Below are positions 28,698-36,985 of a stretch of 64,000 bases of DNA, piece by piece. The notes beneath the pieces were generated by a model. The model saw only the letters and a program-made list of their open reading frames with translations. It searched no databases and had not been told where the DNA came from. Every line of letters starts with the position of its first letter. Within the stretch, counting starts at the first letter, position 1. The translations under genes were made by a program, and so were the position numbers. The stretch is from an uncultured virus (IMG/VR IMGVR_UViG_3300015360_000035) (taxonomy: Duplodnaviria > Heunggongvirae > Uroviricota > Caudoviricetes): IMG/VR virus record IMGVR_UViG_3300015360_000035. The stretch is one strand, 5' to 3'.

Positions 28698-29594
28698 ATG
28701 AGTGATGCCCCAGAATCAATTGAAAGTAACCAAGAAACCTCCAATGCGCCCGAAGCTGCCGATCTTGAAACTATAGAAGCTAAACAAGATAGCGGTGAGA
28801 AGCTTTCTAAGAAAGAAGAAAAAGTTCTTAAAGAATATAAGCTTAAAGTTAACGGCAAAGAAAAAATAGTTAGATTTGATCCTTCAAATGATGAAGAAAT
28901 GATTAAACATCTTCAGAAATCTGAAGCAAGTGATGCTAAGTTCTCAGAAGCAGCAGAACTACGTAAAGCTGCAATGAACTTTATACATGAATTAAAAACC
29001 AATCCTAAGAAAGTACTATCTGATCCAAACATCGGTCTAGATATTAAAAAACTAGCTACAGAATGGATGAATGAACAACTTCTTGAAGCTGAAAAATCTC
29101 CTGATCAAAGAGAAAAAGAAAATCTCATCAAAGAACTTGAAGCAATGAAGAAAGAAAAAGAAGATGCGAAGAAAGTAAGTGAAGCAAAAGAATATGAAAA
29201 AATTCAGTTAGAATATGAGAAGAATTTTGAATCTGACATTTCTACAGCATTAGACATTAGCGGATTGCCTAAAACTGCTCGTACTGTAAAAGCTATGGCA
29301 GATTATATGATGATCGCTTTAAAAGGCGGAGTTGACATATCTTTTGCAGAAATTGCTCCTATGGTTAAAAATACTACTCTTTCTGAATTCAAAGAAGTAG
29401 TTAATTCTCTAACTGATGATCAATTAGAAGACTTTATCGGTAAAGAAGTACTAGGTCGCATTAGAAAACGTAGTATTGCTAAAGCTAAACCAGTAGAAAC
29501 ATCTTCATCAGTCAAGTCTATAGGTGAGTCTAAGAAGAAAGAAGAAGCAAAACCTGCTGTAAAAATGAGTATTAGAGATTTTCTTAAAGTCTAA
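28698..29594 (+). CDS. Capsid scaffolding protein
   Basis: Charged and helical; 'YKLKVNGKE'; upstream of capsid. Confidence 0.7.
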   Translation: MSDAPESIESNQETSNAPEAADLETIEAKQDSGEKLSKKEEKVLKEYKLKVNGKEKIVRFDPSNDEEMIKHLQKSEASDAKFSEAAELRKAAMNFIHELKTNPKKVLSDPNIGLDIKKLATEWMNEQLLEAEKSPDQREKENLIKELEAMKKEKEDAKKVSEAKEYEKIQLEYEKNFESDISTALDISGLPKTARTVKAMADYMMIALKGGVDISFAEIAPMVKNTTLSEFKEVVNSLTDDQLEDFIGKEVLGRIRKRSIAKAKPVETSSSVKSIGESKKKEEAKPAVKMSIRDFLKV

Positions 29595-29614
29595 CTAGCT
29601 AATTTTATTACATT

Positions 29615-29650
29615 AAAGCCCATAATAGAGAAATTTATTATGGGTTTTTT
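29615..29650 (+). terminator. Rho-independent terminator
   Basis: AAAGCCCATAATA-gagaaatt-TATTATGGGTTT-TTT. Confidence 0.8.
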
Positions 29651-29725
29651 ATTGTGGTAATTTATTTTGTTAATAATGCTTAATAATTTCAAGTACTTAT
29701 AAAATAATTAAAATAATTCTTGCAA

Positions 29726-29738
29726 AAAATAACAAGTA
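29726..29738 (+). promoter_or_regulatory. Late promoter motif (1 mismatch)
   Basis: AAAATAACAAGTA(AGT) upstream of the capsid operon. Confidence 0.55.
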
Positions 29739-29880
29739 AGTTTGTAGGATTATTGATTTTCATTGTCCTACGATTTATTTCCTATCCCAGGGAGATGCTA
29801 GCTATCCAACGGACGCTATCCTACCCCTCCTGCCGAGAGAAATAACAAAACAAACCTAAACCTTATATGGAGAATATAAA

Positions 29881-30321
29881 ATGTCCCATCGCGACAAAAA
29901 CTCGGCTGTTGAAGCATATAAACTAGCTGAAAAACGATTAGTAATCCCTTTTTCGATTACCTTTAATGCTGTACCCGCAAGTAAAGTTCATGCTGCTGAT
30001 TTATCAGCTCTTGTACTTGCAACTGAAGGAAAAACTGCAGTTGCTGCAGCTATCGATTCAGGAACCGCTTTCACTACTCCTGTTGATGCTACTGGAATTT
30101 TCGGAATTCTTGTATCTCAGCTTGGAACAGTTGAAAAGCTTCTTGATGCTCAGTTGGTAAATCTTAGTTCAGGAACTGCTGCTCTTTCAAGAAAGGGTGC
30201 ATCTTCTTCTGGCGTAACTGCTAGTGGAAATATTGCAGTTTCAATAGATTCAAGTTTGGATCTAAGTGCAGTCAGCTTGTCTGCTCACTTGGCTCTCGAG
30301 TATAGTGTTTCTAAAGCTTAA
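29881..30321 (+). CDS. Probable capsid decoration/cement protein
   Basis: Ala/Ser-rich, strong RBS, directly before MCP. Confidence 0.5.
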   Translation: MSHRDKNSAVEAYKLAEKRLVIPFSITFNAVPASKVHAADLSALVLATEGKTAVAAAIDSGTAFTTPVDATGIFGILVSQLGTVEKLLDAQLVNLSSGTAALSRKGASSSGVTASGNIAVSIDSSLDLSAVSLSAHLALEYSVSKA

Positions 30322-30344
30322 TTAATAAATAGGAGAATAATAAA

Positions 30345-31568
30345 ATGGCACAAAGTGTAAATACTTATGCAGATTCACTCAATGGTTTTTTCAAAGAAGT
30401 GTATGCTGCAAAATTGGAAAATTTAATCCCTGAAGGATTGAAAGTTTATAAAATGATCGAATTTAGCGCTAAGCAGAAGCTTGGTAACTATTTTCACCAA
30501 CCAGTGATTCTTGGACATGAACACGGTGTTACTTTCGCTGAAAGTGATGACGATGCTTTTAACTTGAATCCTCCAGTTGCTGGACAGACCAAAGACGCTC
30601 AAGTACGCGGTAACCCTGTAGTTCTAAGAGCTGCTTTAGGTTATTCTGCTGCTTCACGAGCTGCTGCTGGCGATGCTGTTGCATTCATGGACGCTACTAA
30701 ATACTTAGTTGCTAACATGCTACGATCTATCACCAAAAAGATGGAAATCGAACTTCTTTACGGACAGATTGGTTACGGCGCAGTTGCTTCTATTGCTGCT
30801 AACGTCATTACCATTGCTACTGCAGAGTATGCTCCTGGTATTTGGGTTGGCGCTGAACAGATGCCTCTTGAAATTCGTGACTCGACCGGTGCTACAAGCC
30901 GTGGTCAAGCTACTGTTGCTTCTGTAGATCTTTCTGCACGAACTGTAACTGTTGACTTGATGCCTGCTGGTGTAGTTGCTGGTGATATCATTTGGCACAA
31001 AGGTGCTTATGGTAAAGAATTTGCTGGTATTCACAAAATCTTGACCAACACTGGTACCTTGTTCGGAATTTCCGCTTCAAGTTACTCCCTTTGGGCTTCT
31101 AGCTCTTATGCTGTAGGTTCTGCTTCTCTTTCTCTTGCTAAAATTGAAAGAGCTCTTGCAAAAGCTGCTGCTAAAGGTTTGGACAGTGATGTTACCGTTC
31201 TTGTTAACCCAAACACATGGGCTGACTTGCTATCGGAACAAGCTGCACTCAGACGTTATGACCAATCCTATTCTGGCGAGAAAGCAGAAGGTGGCCATAA
31301 AGCTATTAAGTTCTACGGACAAACTGGAGCTATTAGCATTGAACCTTCGATTTATGTAAAAGAAGGTTATTCTTATGCTATCGATCCTAAAGACTTCATG
31401 AGAGTAGGCTCTGCCGATATTACTTTCAAACGTCCTGGGATGGAAGGTCAGTTTTTCAAGGAATTGGAAAACAGCGCCGGGGTGGAGCTAAGATGCTGGA
31501 GTGACCAAGCGTTATTTTGTCAAGCTCCTGGACGTCAGACAATCCTCAGCGGGATAGTAAATAGTTAG
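30345..31568 (+). CDS. Major capsid protein
   Basis: 407 aa after scaffold; AGGAG RBS; strongly biased codons; followed by terminator. Confidence 0.8.
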   Translation: MAQSVNTYADSLNGFFKEVYAAKLENLIPEGLKVYKMIEFSAKQKLGNYFHQPVILGHEHGVTFAESDDDAFNLNPPVAGQTKDAQVRGNPVVLRAALGYSAASRAAAGDAVAFMDATKYLVANMLRSITKKMEIELLYGQIGYGAVASIAANVITIATAEYAPGIWVGAEQMPLEIRDSTGATSRGQATVASVDLSARTVTVDLMPAGVVAGDIIWHKGAYGKEFAGIHKILTNTGTLFGISASSYSLWASSSYAVGSASLSLAKIERALAKAAAKGLDSDVTVLVNPNTWADLLSEQAALRRYDQSYSGEKAEGGHKAIKFYGQTGAISIEPSIYVKEGYSYAIDPKDFMRVGSADITFKRPGMEGQFFKELENSAGVELRCWSDQALFCQAPGRQTILSGIVNS

Positions 31569-31597
31569 TAGTTTCAATAACTTAGATTAAGTTTAAG

Positions 31598-31631
31598 ATG
31601 GAGAAGGTAGAAATATCTTCTCCATTTTTTT
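31598..31631 (+). terminator. Rho-independent terminator
   Basis: ATGGAGAAGG-tagaaata-TCTTCTCCAT-TTTTTT. Confidence 0.8.
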
Positions 31632-31698
31632 ATCTTTTATCACATAACAAAGCTCATTTAACCAACCTTTTAAAATTTCAATTAAACTTAAATAATAG

Positions 31699-31727
31699 TT
31701 GACTTAACTTATTATTTATATTATATT
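31699..31727 (+). promoter_or_regulatory. sigma70-like promoter, leaderless
   Basis: TTGACT-N17-TATATT-N6-ATG(31734). Confidence 0.65.
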
Positions 31728-31733
31728 GATAAT

Positions 31734-33137
31734 ATGATCACTAGCCCTAAAGATTATATTATTAATTTGTTTCCAGATAAAACTCTTGTAACCGAGTTTA
31801 TTAAAAAATACCATTATTCTAAAAGTTGTCCAATAGCTATCAATAAATGCTTTACCCTAGAGCATGATGGTAGGATTATAGGAGCTTGTGTATTTGCTGC
31901 TCCTTCTAGACAAACCATAGATGTTCCAGGATATATGAGCATTTTAGAACTATCTAGATTATTTGTACTAGACGAAACTCCTAAAAATACCGAATCTTAC
32001 TTTGTTGGTAAATGTTTACGTTGGCTTCAAGTAAATACTAATTATGAAGCTATCGTAAGCTTTGCTGATCCTACACAAGGCCATCAAGGTATTGTGTATC
32101 AAGCGACTAACTTCAAATTACTAAGCATTACTGTTCCAAACTATCACTATGAAGATCCTTTTGGAAATAGAATACATAAACGTAGAGTTTGGGATGAAGC
32201 TAAACGAAAGCATATTAAAGAAAAGGATGAAGCTGCGCATCAGAATCTAAAGTTAATAACAGAACTTCCTAAAAATAAGTATGTTTATTATCTCAAACCA
32301 AAAAAGCAAAATAATATTATTTATGGATTAATCGATCCTAGAACAGACGAATTAAAATATATTGGTAAAACTGAACAAGGTGTCCCTAGGTTTAAAGAAC
32401 ACTTAAAAGAAAGCTCTTTAAAAACAGGAAACAAAAAGAACAATTGGATTAAGTCTTTATTAAAACAAGATTTGCTGCCCGAATTTTATATTTTTGAAAC
32501 TCTAAAAAGACCCGAAGAACTATTTGCAGCTGAAGAATGGTGGTATGAGTACTTTATTGGTTTGGGTTGTACTTTATTAAATGAAACTAAATGTGGTGCT
32601 GGTACTAGAGGCTACAAACACAAAGAAAACACTATAGAAACAATGAAGAATAAGGCTTTAGTTAGAGACAAAACCCCTTATAAAGTTCCTCATAATGCAA
32701 GACAATCAGCAATAATTGGTGGAATAGATCACCTCTCTTGTTCTAAATGTCAAGAAGTTAAACCTTTAGATAGATTCAGTTTATTAACTAGAAATAATAG
32801 AAAATTCTATGATTGTTATTGTAAACTTTGTAGAGTTTCTTTAAACGAAGGCAAATACGAAAAGTATTACAAGAAGCTATGTGCATCAGACTATAAACAG
32901 TCTAGAATCGATGCTGCTAAGGCAGGAGCTGCTGCCCTGTGGTCTAAGCCTGAATCTAAAGAACGCGTCTCTAAAGCCAGATCTAAGCCTATACAAGGTA
33001 AGAGTATTACTACAGATGAAGTATTAACATTCACTTCTGCCTTAGAAGCAAAAGAATATGGATTTCAAAATAGCAACATTGGTCAAGCTATTAAGTACGG
33101 ACGACCCTATAAAGGCTACACCTGGTCTTTTGCTTGA
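31734..33137 (+). CDS. Fusion of Mom-like DNA-modification (GNAT-fold) domain, GIY-YIG endonuclease, Zn finger and NUMOD-like domains
   Basis: 'FIKKYHYS', 'LELSRL..PKNTESYFV', 'SFADPTQGHQGIVYQATNF'; 'IIYGLIDPR...YIGKT..RFKEH'; CSKC..CKLC; 'YKGYTWSF'. Confidence 0.8.
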   Translation: MITSPKDYIINLFPDKTLVTEFIKKYHYSKSCPIAINKCFTLEHDGRIIGACVFAAPSRQTIDVPGYMSILELSRLFVLDETPKNTESYFVGKCLRWLQVNTNYEAIVSFADPTQGHQGIVYQATNFKLLSITVPNYHYEDPFGNRIHKRRVWDEAKRKHIKEKDEAAHQNLKLITELPKNKYVYYLKPKKQNNIIYGLIDPRTDELKYIGKTEQGVPRFKEHLKESSLKTGNKKNNWIKSLLKQDLLPEFYIFETLKRPEELFAAEEWWYEYFIGLGCTLLNETKCGAGTRGYKHKENTIETMKNKALVRDKTPYKVPHNARQSAIIGGIDHLSCSKCQEVKPLDRFSLLTRNNRKFYDCYCKLCRVSLNEGKYEKYYKKLCASDYKQSRIDAAKAGAAALWSKPESKERVSKARSKPIQGKSITTDEVLTFTSALEAKEYGFQNSNIGQAIKYGRPYKGYTWSFA

Positions 33138-33191
33138 CAAATCAATCCAATAGTGATATTTATTAACTATGAACGTTAAAAAGGAGAAAAT

Positions 33192-33422
33192 ATGAAATTA
33201 GAAAAAGTAAAAGTTGGGGATATTTTAATTTGTAGTAAAGATGGAAAAATTAAATTAAAGATCCCAATGAAATATCATGGCATAAAGAAAGGTGATATTT
33301 TCGATGCTGAAATTCAATCAGATGCTGCATTTTTTAAGTCTACATATAAAGATAAAGAGTGTTTTGTTGATGTTTCACCAGAGCATTTTGAAGTTGTTCA
33401 ATTATATAAAGAATATAATTAA
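33192..33422 (+). CDS. Hypothetical protein
   Basis: AAGGAG RBS; upstream TTGACA. Confidence 0.6.
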   Translation: MKLEKVKVGDILICSKDGKIKLKIPMKYHGIKKGDIFDAEIQSDAAFFKSTYKDKECFVDVSPEHFEVVQLYKEYN

Positions 33423-33424
33423 CT

Positions 33425-33631
33425 ATGTCCAGATCTACTAAAAAACCCTACTTTACTGACCAACAAAAAGGCTCAGCTCAAAAATCCAAACGTAGTGCCA
33501 ATAAATCCATCAGACTGCTAAATAAAGAAGAATCTCCTGCCAAAGGTAAACAATACCGTAAATACTTCCAATCGTGGGACATTAGGGACTGGACTTTCTT
33601 TTCCAAAGATAAAAAGGCTACTAGAAAATGA
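33425..33631 (+). CDS. Small basic phage protein (MSRS.KKP...KR.ANK...SWDI.D)
   Basis: Pattern recurrent in phages, function unknown. Confidence 0.6.
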   Translation: MSRSTKKPYFTDQQKGSAQKSKRSANKSIRLLNKEESPAKGKQYRKYFQSWDIRDWTFFSKDKKATRK

Positions 33632-33704
33632 ATGATAAATATCCCGGAAACCTCAATAAGATCACTATACTTTACAAATTTATGAATGATAAGGTGAATG
33701 ATAA

Positions 33705-34127
33705 ATGCTAAAACAATACATTTCAGTTGTTGACTATTTAAAAGGACTATCTCTTTCTGACTTACCTGATGAGCACGTCAGGAACATCAACATCCTAATT
33801 CCTAAAATTAATGACCTACTAGACCTATTTGGTTCCTACAGACCATTAACTTCTGGCTATCGATCACCAGCAGATCAAATACGTATTTATAAAGAGAAGC
33901 TAGGCTCTTCTTTTAATATTTCTAAAGTGCCAATGGGTTCTGCGCATTTGGTTGGTTTAGCAATTGATTTGTCTGATACTGATTCAAAGCTAGGACATTG
34001 GTGTTTAATGAATATTAAAACGCTACAAGATTTGGGATTATATATGGAGGATAAAGCATCTACGCCTAATTGGATACATCTTCAATGTATTGCTCCTAAG
34101 TCTGGTAAGACGGTATTTATTCCTTAA
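33705..34127 (+). CDS. Endolysin, peptidase M15 family
   Basis: 'TSGYRSP', 'SAHLVGLAID', 'WIHLQ'. Confidence 0.85.
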   Translation: MLKQYISVVDYLKGLSLSDLPDEHVRNINILIPKINDLLDLFGSYRPLTSGYRSPADQIRIYKEKLGSSFNISKVPMGSAHLVGLAIDLSDTDSKLGHWCLMNIKTLQDLGLYMEDKASTPNWIHLQCIAPKSGKTVFIP

Positions 34128-34368
34128 GATATTCCTTTCGAATTTTATCAGCAACTGATTTACAAGAGGGTTTATCAAAATTAAATCCCACCATATTAGA
34201 AGCAGTTGGCTCTTCTCCTAACTCTTTAGCTAAATCATCATACTCTCGTTCAATCTTATCATATTCATGATCTTCTATGATAGGTCTATCTTGAATATAG
34301 TATCTGAACTTATGCTCTAGAATTTGCCAACTAAGTTTAATAAATCTTTGTTCTTTAGTCATTAACAC
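34117..34368 (-). CDS. Stand-alone NAD+-ligase domain Ia-like protein
   Basis: 'HKFRYYIQDRPIIEDHEYDKIERE' matches the LigA YY..D.P.I.D.EYD motif. Confidence 0.7.
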   Translation of the reverse strand: MLMTKEQRFIKLSWQILEHKFRYYIQDRPIIEDHEYDKIEREYDDLAKELGEEPTASNMVGFNFDKPSCKSVADKIRKEYLKE

Positions 34369-34843
34369 TATTTAATAATTGTAAATATTCTTCTTTTGTA
34401 ATAAATCCAGTAAGCTCATATCTTAGAAATTCTCCAGTTTCTTCGTCATAAACAGGTTGTTGATATAAGCTATTGAGCATCTCAAATTTGCCAGCAGTAG
34501 TTTTTGATAAAGGTTTCATATTTACTTCTTACGTTTGTTAATAAATCTAGCTATAGGTATTAAAATTACAGCAATAAAGACTAAACCTACTTCAGGTCCT
34601 AATTTTTCTACTATATACATTATACTCATATCTTCTCCTAAAAGTTGAGAGGCGGCCTCTCATTTATATCCTACATAATTCCCTAACAATAATCAACCTA
34701 ATTCTGTTCATAACGCTCTATTTTGACTTATAGGCCATTATTTTCATAATCTTAACCCATGAGGTCAAGTTTGACACATTATATTCTAAACCTAAATGGT
34801 TGTATTACCAATATTATTAAAAATTCCAATTATTTTATACAGT

Positions 34844-34856
34844 AAATTAACAAGTA
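34844..34856 (+). promoter_or_regulatory. Late promoter motif
   Basis: AAATTAACAAGTA upstream of the tail gene block. Confidence 0.65.
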
Positions 34857-34884
34857 ATATTGACGACCTCATAAAAGGAATTCA

Positions 34885-35358
34885 ATGTCCACTTCTGTAA
34901 TTATTAACGGTGAAAGCTTTTCCATTCCCACTCAAGGCGAGAATCCTCCCTGGGGTGAAGATCTATCTGCACTATTATTAGCTATGGTTAATAGTTTAAA
35001 TAGCGTTCAGGGGATATCAGACATCCTTTTAACCTCTTTTACTATAGTTAATAATCAATCTTCTGCTGCTAATGTGTTTGGTTGTTTATTTGATACCTCC
35101 ACAGTTAGGTCAGCAATTATTGAATATTCTGTATATCGATCCTCTTCTGTGTCTGAACTATCTGAAGTTGGTCATATCTATGTCACTTATAAATCTACTG
35201 CTGCATCTTGGGAAATTGTTCAAAACTATGCTGGTAGCAGTGAAGTAAATTTTACTATTACTTCTGGTGGTCAATTGCAATATACAAGCACAAATTTTGC
35301 TGGAACTGGCTATGTTGGTAAAATGAAATTTACTGCACGAGCTTTCTTACAAACTTAA
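34885..35358 (+). CDS. Virion structural protein, paralog of 38329..38718
   Basis: Shared 'NNQ..AANV.G.LF' and 'FTIT.GGQ.QYTSTN'. Confidence 0.65.
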   Translation: MSTSVIINGESFSIPTQGENPPWGEDLSALLLAMVNSLNSVQGISDILLTSFTIVNNQSSAANVFGCLFDTSTVRSAIIEYSVYRSSSVSELSEVGHIYVTYKSTAASWEIVQNYAGSSEVNFTITSGGQLQYTSTNFAGTGYVGKMKFTARAFLQT

Positions 35359-35383
35359 TTCTGGAAAATGAAGGAATAAAACT

Positions 35384-36817
35384 ATGAGTCAAAATTACTT
35401 CCGTATAAAAAAAGGTGAAAATCTTGAGCCACAAGCAGCTTCTGCTGTTTCTGATAGAGGGGACCTTGATGTTACCTCTGGTGACGGTAAATTAAACTAT
35501 CACAATGGAACTTCTGGTTCTCCAGTTCTTACTGAAACCCATGCTGCTACCATCTCTAATAAAGCCATTGATCAAAACAATACAATCACTGTAAAAGATG
35601 CCAGTTTAAGTATTATTGATGATGTTGATGGTACTAAAATTGCTAAGTTTCAAGCTTCTGGTATTGCTACGGCAACAACTCGTACATATACGCTACCAAA
35701 TGCAAGTGGTACTATTGTTTTAACTGATAATGCCCAAACTATTTCTAATAAAGCCATTGATCAAAACAATACAATCACTGTAAAAGATGCCAGTTTAAGT
35801 ATTATTGATGATGTTGATGGTACTAAGCAATTACAATTTCAAGCAACCGGAATTAGTACAGCAACAACCAGAACTCTTTCTTCTCCTGATGCAAGTGGAA
35901 CTATTGTTCTTAACGATAATCCAGCAACTTTAGCTAATAAAACTATTTCTAGAGGTTCAAATACCTTATCTGGATATACTGCTCGTGCTGTAGTCACTGC
36001 TGATGCTTCTGGTAATGCTGCAGTTGGAGTAGCCCCAAGTACACTAGGTAACATCCTAAAAAGTGATGGTACTGATTGGACAAGCGCAACAGCAAGTATT
36101 ACCAACATTTCTACTAAAACTACTACCTATTCAGCTTTAATTAGCGATCATATCATTCTTGCTGATGCCACAAGTGGTGCATTTACAATTACTCTTCCAG
36201 CTGCTTCTAATGCTGGCTTAGAAATTAAAGTTATTAAAGTTGATTCTAGTGCTAATGTGGTTACTATTTCAAGACAAGGTAGTGATACAATACAAGGCGC
36301 AACTAGTCGAACTTTACGTTATCAATACGAATCTTTAACTTTTGCTAGTGATGGCGGAGTTCTTTTCATCATTACTGATTCTCGTTTAGATAGTAACTTT
36401 GCTGCATACACAATTACTAGTTCTGGTTGGGGTGTAGCTGGAACCTATTCTGCTCAATGGAAGAAAATGGGCGATAGCGGAGTATTTACTGGAAGTATAA
36501 GATTAACTGCTGCTCCTACTGGAACTTTTGAGTTTTCTAATGCTGACTTTTTTGGTAACTTAAGCTTAACTTTAGATAGTGCTAGATTACCAGGACAAAC
36601 AGATACTCAACTTTCTATTGGCACTTGGGAAGGTTATGATAATGGTGTGGCTAACTATAGCGGTAATATTTACTGTGATACTAGTAATAGCAATCAAATC
36701 ATATTCCAAAATAATTTAGCAGGAACTGTAAATGCTACATCTCCTTTTATTTGGGGAAATACAGATAGTATTGGTTGGTCAACTTTTGTAATACCGATCA
36801 CTAATTGGAAATATTAA
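35384..36817 (+). CDS. Tail fibre-like protein
   Basis: 'TRTYTLPNASGTIVL' repeats; 'ILADATSGAFTITLPAA..KVDSSAN.VTI' module. Confidence 0.75.
   Translation: MSQNYFRIKKGENLEPQAASAVSDRGDLDVTSGDGKLNYHNGTSGSPVLTETHAATISNKAIDQNNTITVKDASLSIIDDVDGTKIAKFQASGIATATTRTYTLPNASGTIVLTDNAQTISNKAIDQNNTITVKDASLSIIDDVDGTKQLQFQATGISTATTRTLSSPDASGTIVLNDNPATLANKTISRGSNTLSGYTARAVVTADASGNAAVGVAPSTLGNILKSDGTDWTSATASITNISTKTTTYSALISDHIILADATSGAFTITLPAASNAGLEIKVIKVDSSANVVTISRQGSDTIQGATSRTLRYQYESLTFASDGGVLFIITDSRLDSNFAAYTITSSGWGVAGTYSAQWKKMGDSGVFTGSIRLTAAPTGTFEFSNADFFGNLSLTLDSARLPGQTDTQLSIGTWEGYDNGVANYSGNIYCDTSNSNQIIFQNNLAGTVNATSPFIWGNTDSIGWSTFVIPITNWKY
35555..35826. repeat. Exact 83-bp direct repeat inside the fibre gene
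   Basis: 35555-35637 identical to 35744-35826. Confidence 0.9.
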
Positions 36818-36984
36818 TGCCAGCAGTAAGTAAACAGCAGTATAAATTCATGAAATCGGTTGAGGGGGGATATATTCATCCTAAAGGTCTCTCAAAAGAA
36901 AAAGCTAAAGAATTTACTCAAGATGTAAAATCAAACAAACTTCCAAAATTTGCTTCTTTAAAAAAGAAATTAATGGGTAAATAA
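36817..36984 (+). CDS. 55-aa basic protein (MPAVSKQQYKFM...KAKEF...; DUF3008-like), not in ORF track
   Basis: Manual translation; MPA.SK.Q..FM pattern; fills the gap between two genes. Confidence 0.6.
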   Translation: MPAVSKQQYKFMKSVEGGYIHPKGLSKEKAKEFTQDVKSNKLPKFASLKKKLMGK

Positions 36985-36985
36985 T

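Noticed and set aside
35555..35826. Diversity-generating retroelement TR/VR pair
   Set aside because: The copies are identical with no adenine-specific mismatches, and there is no reverse transcriptase in the window.
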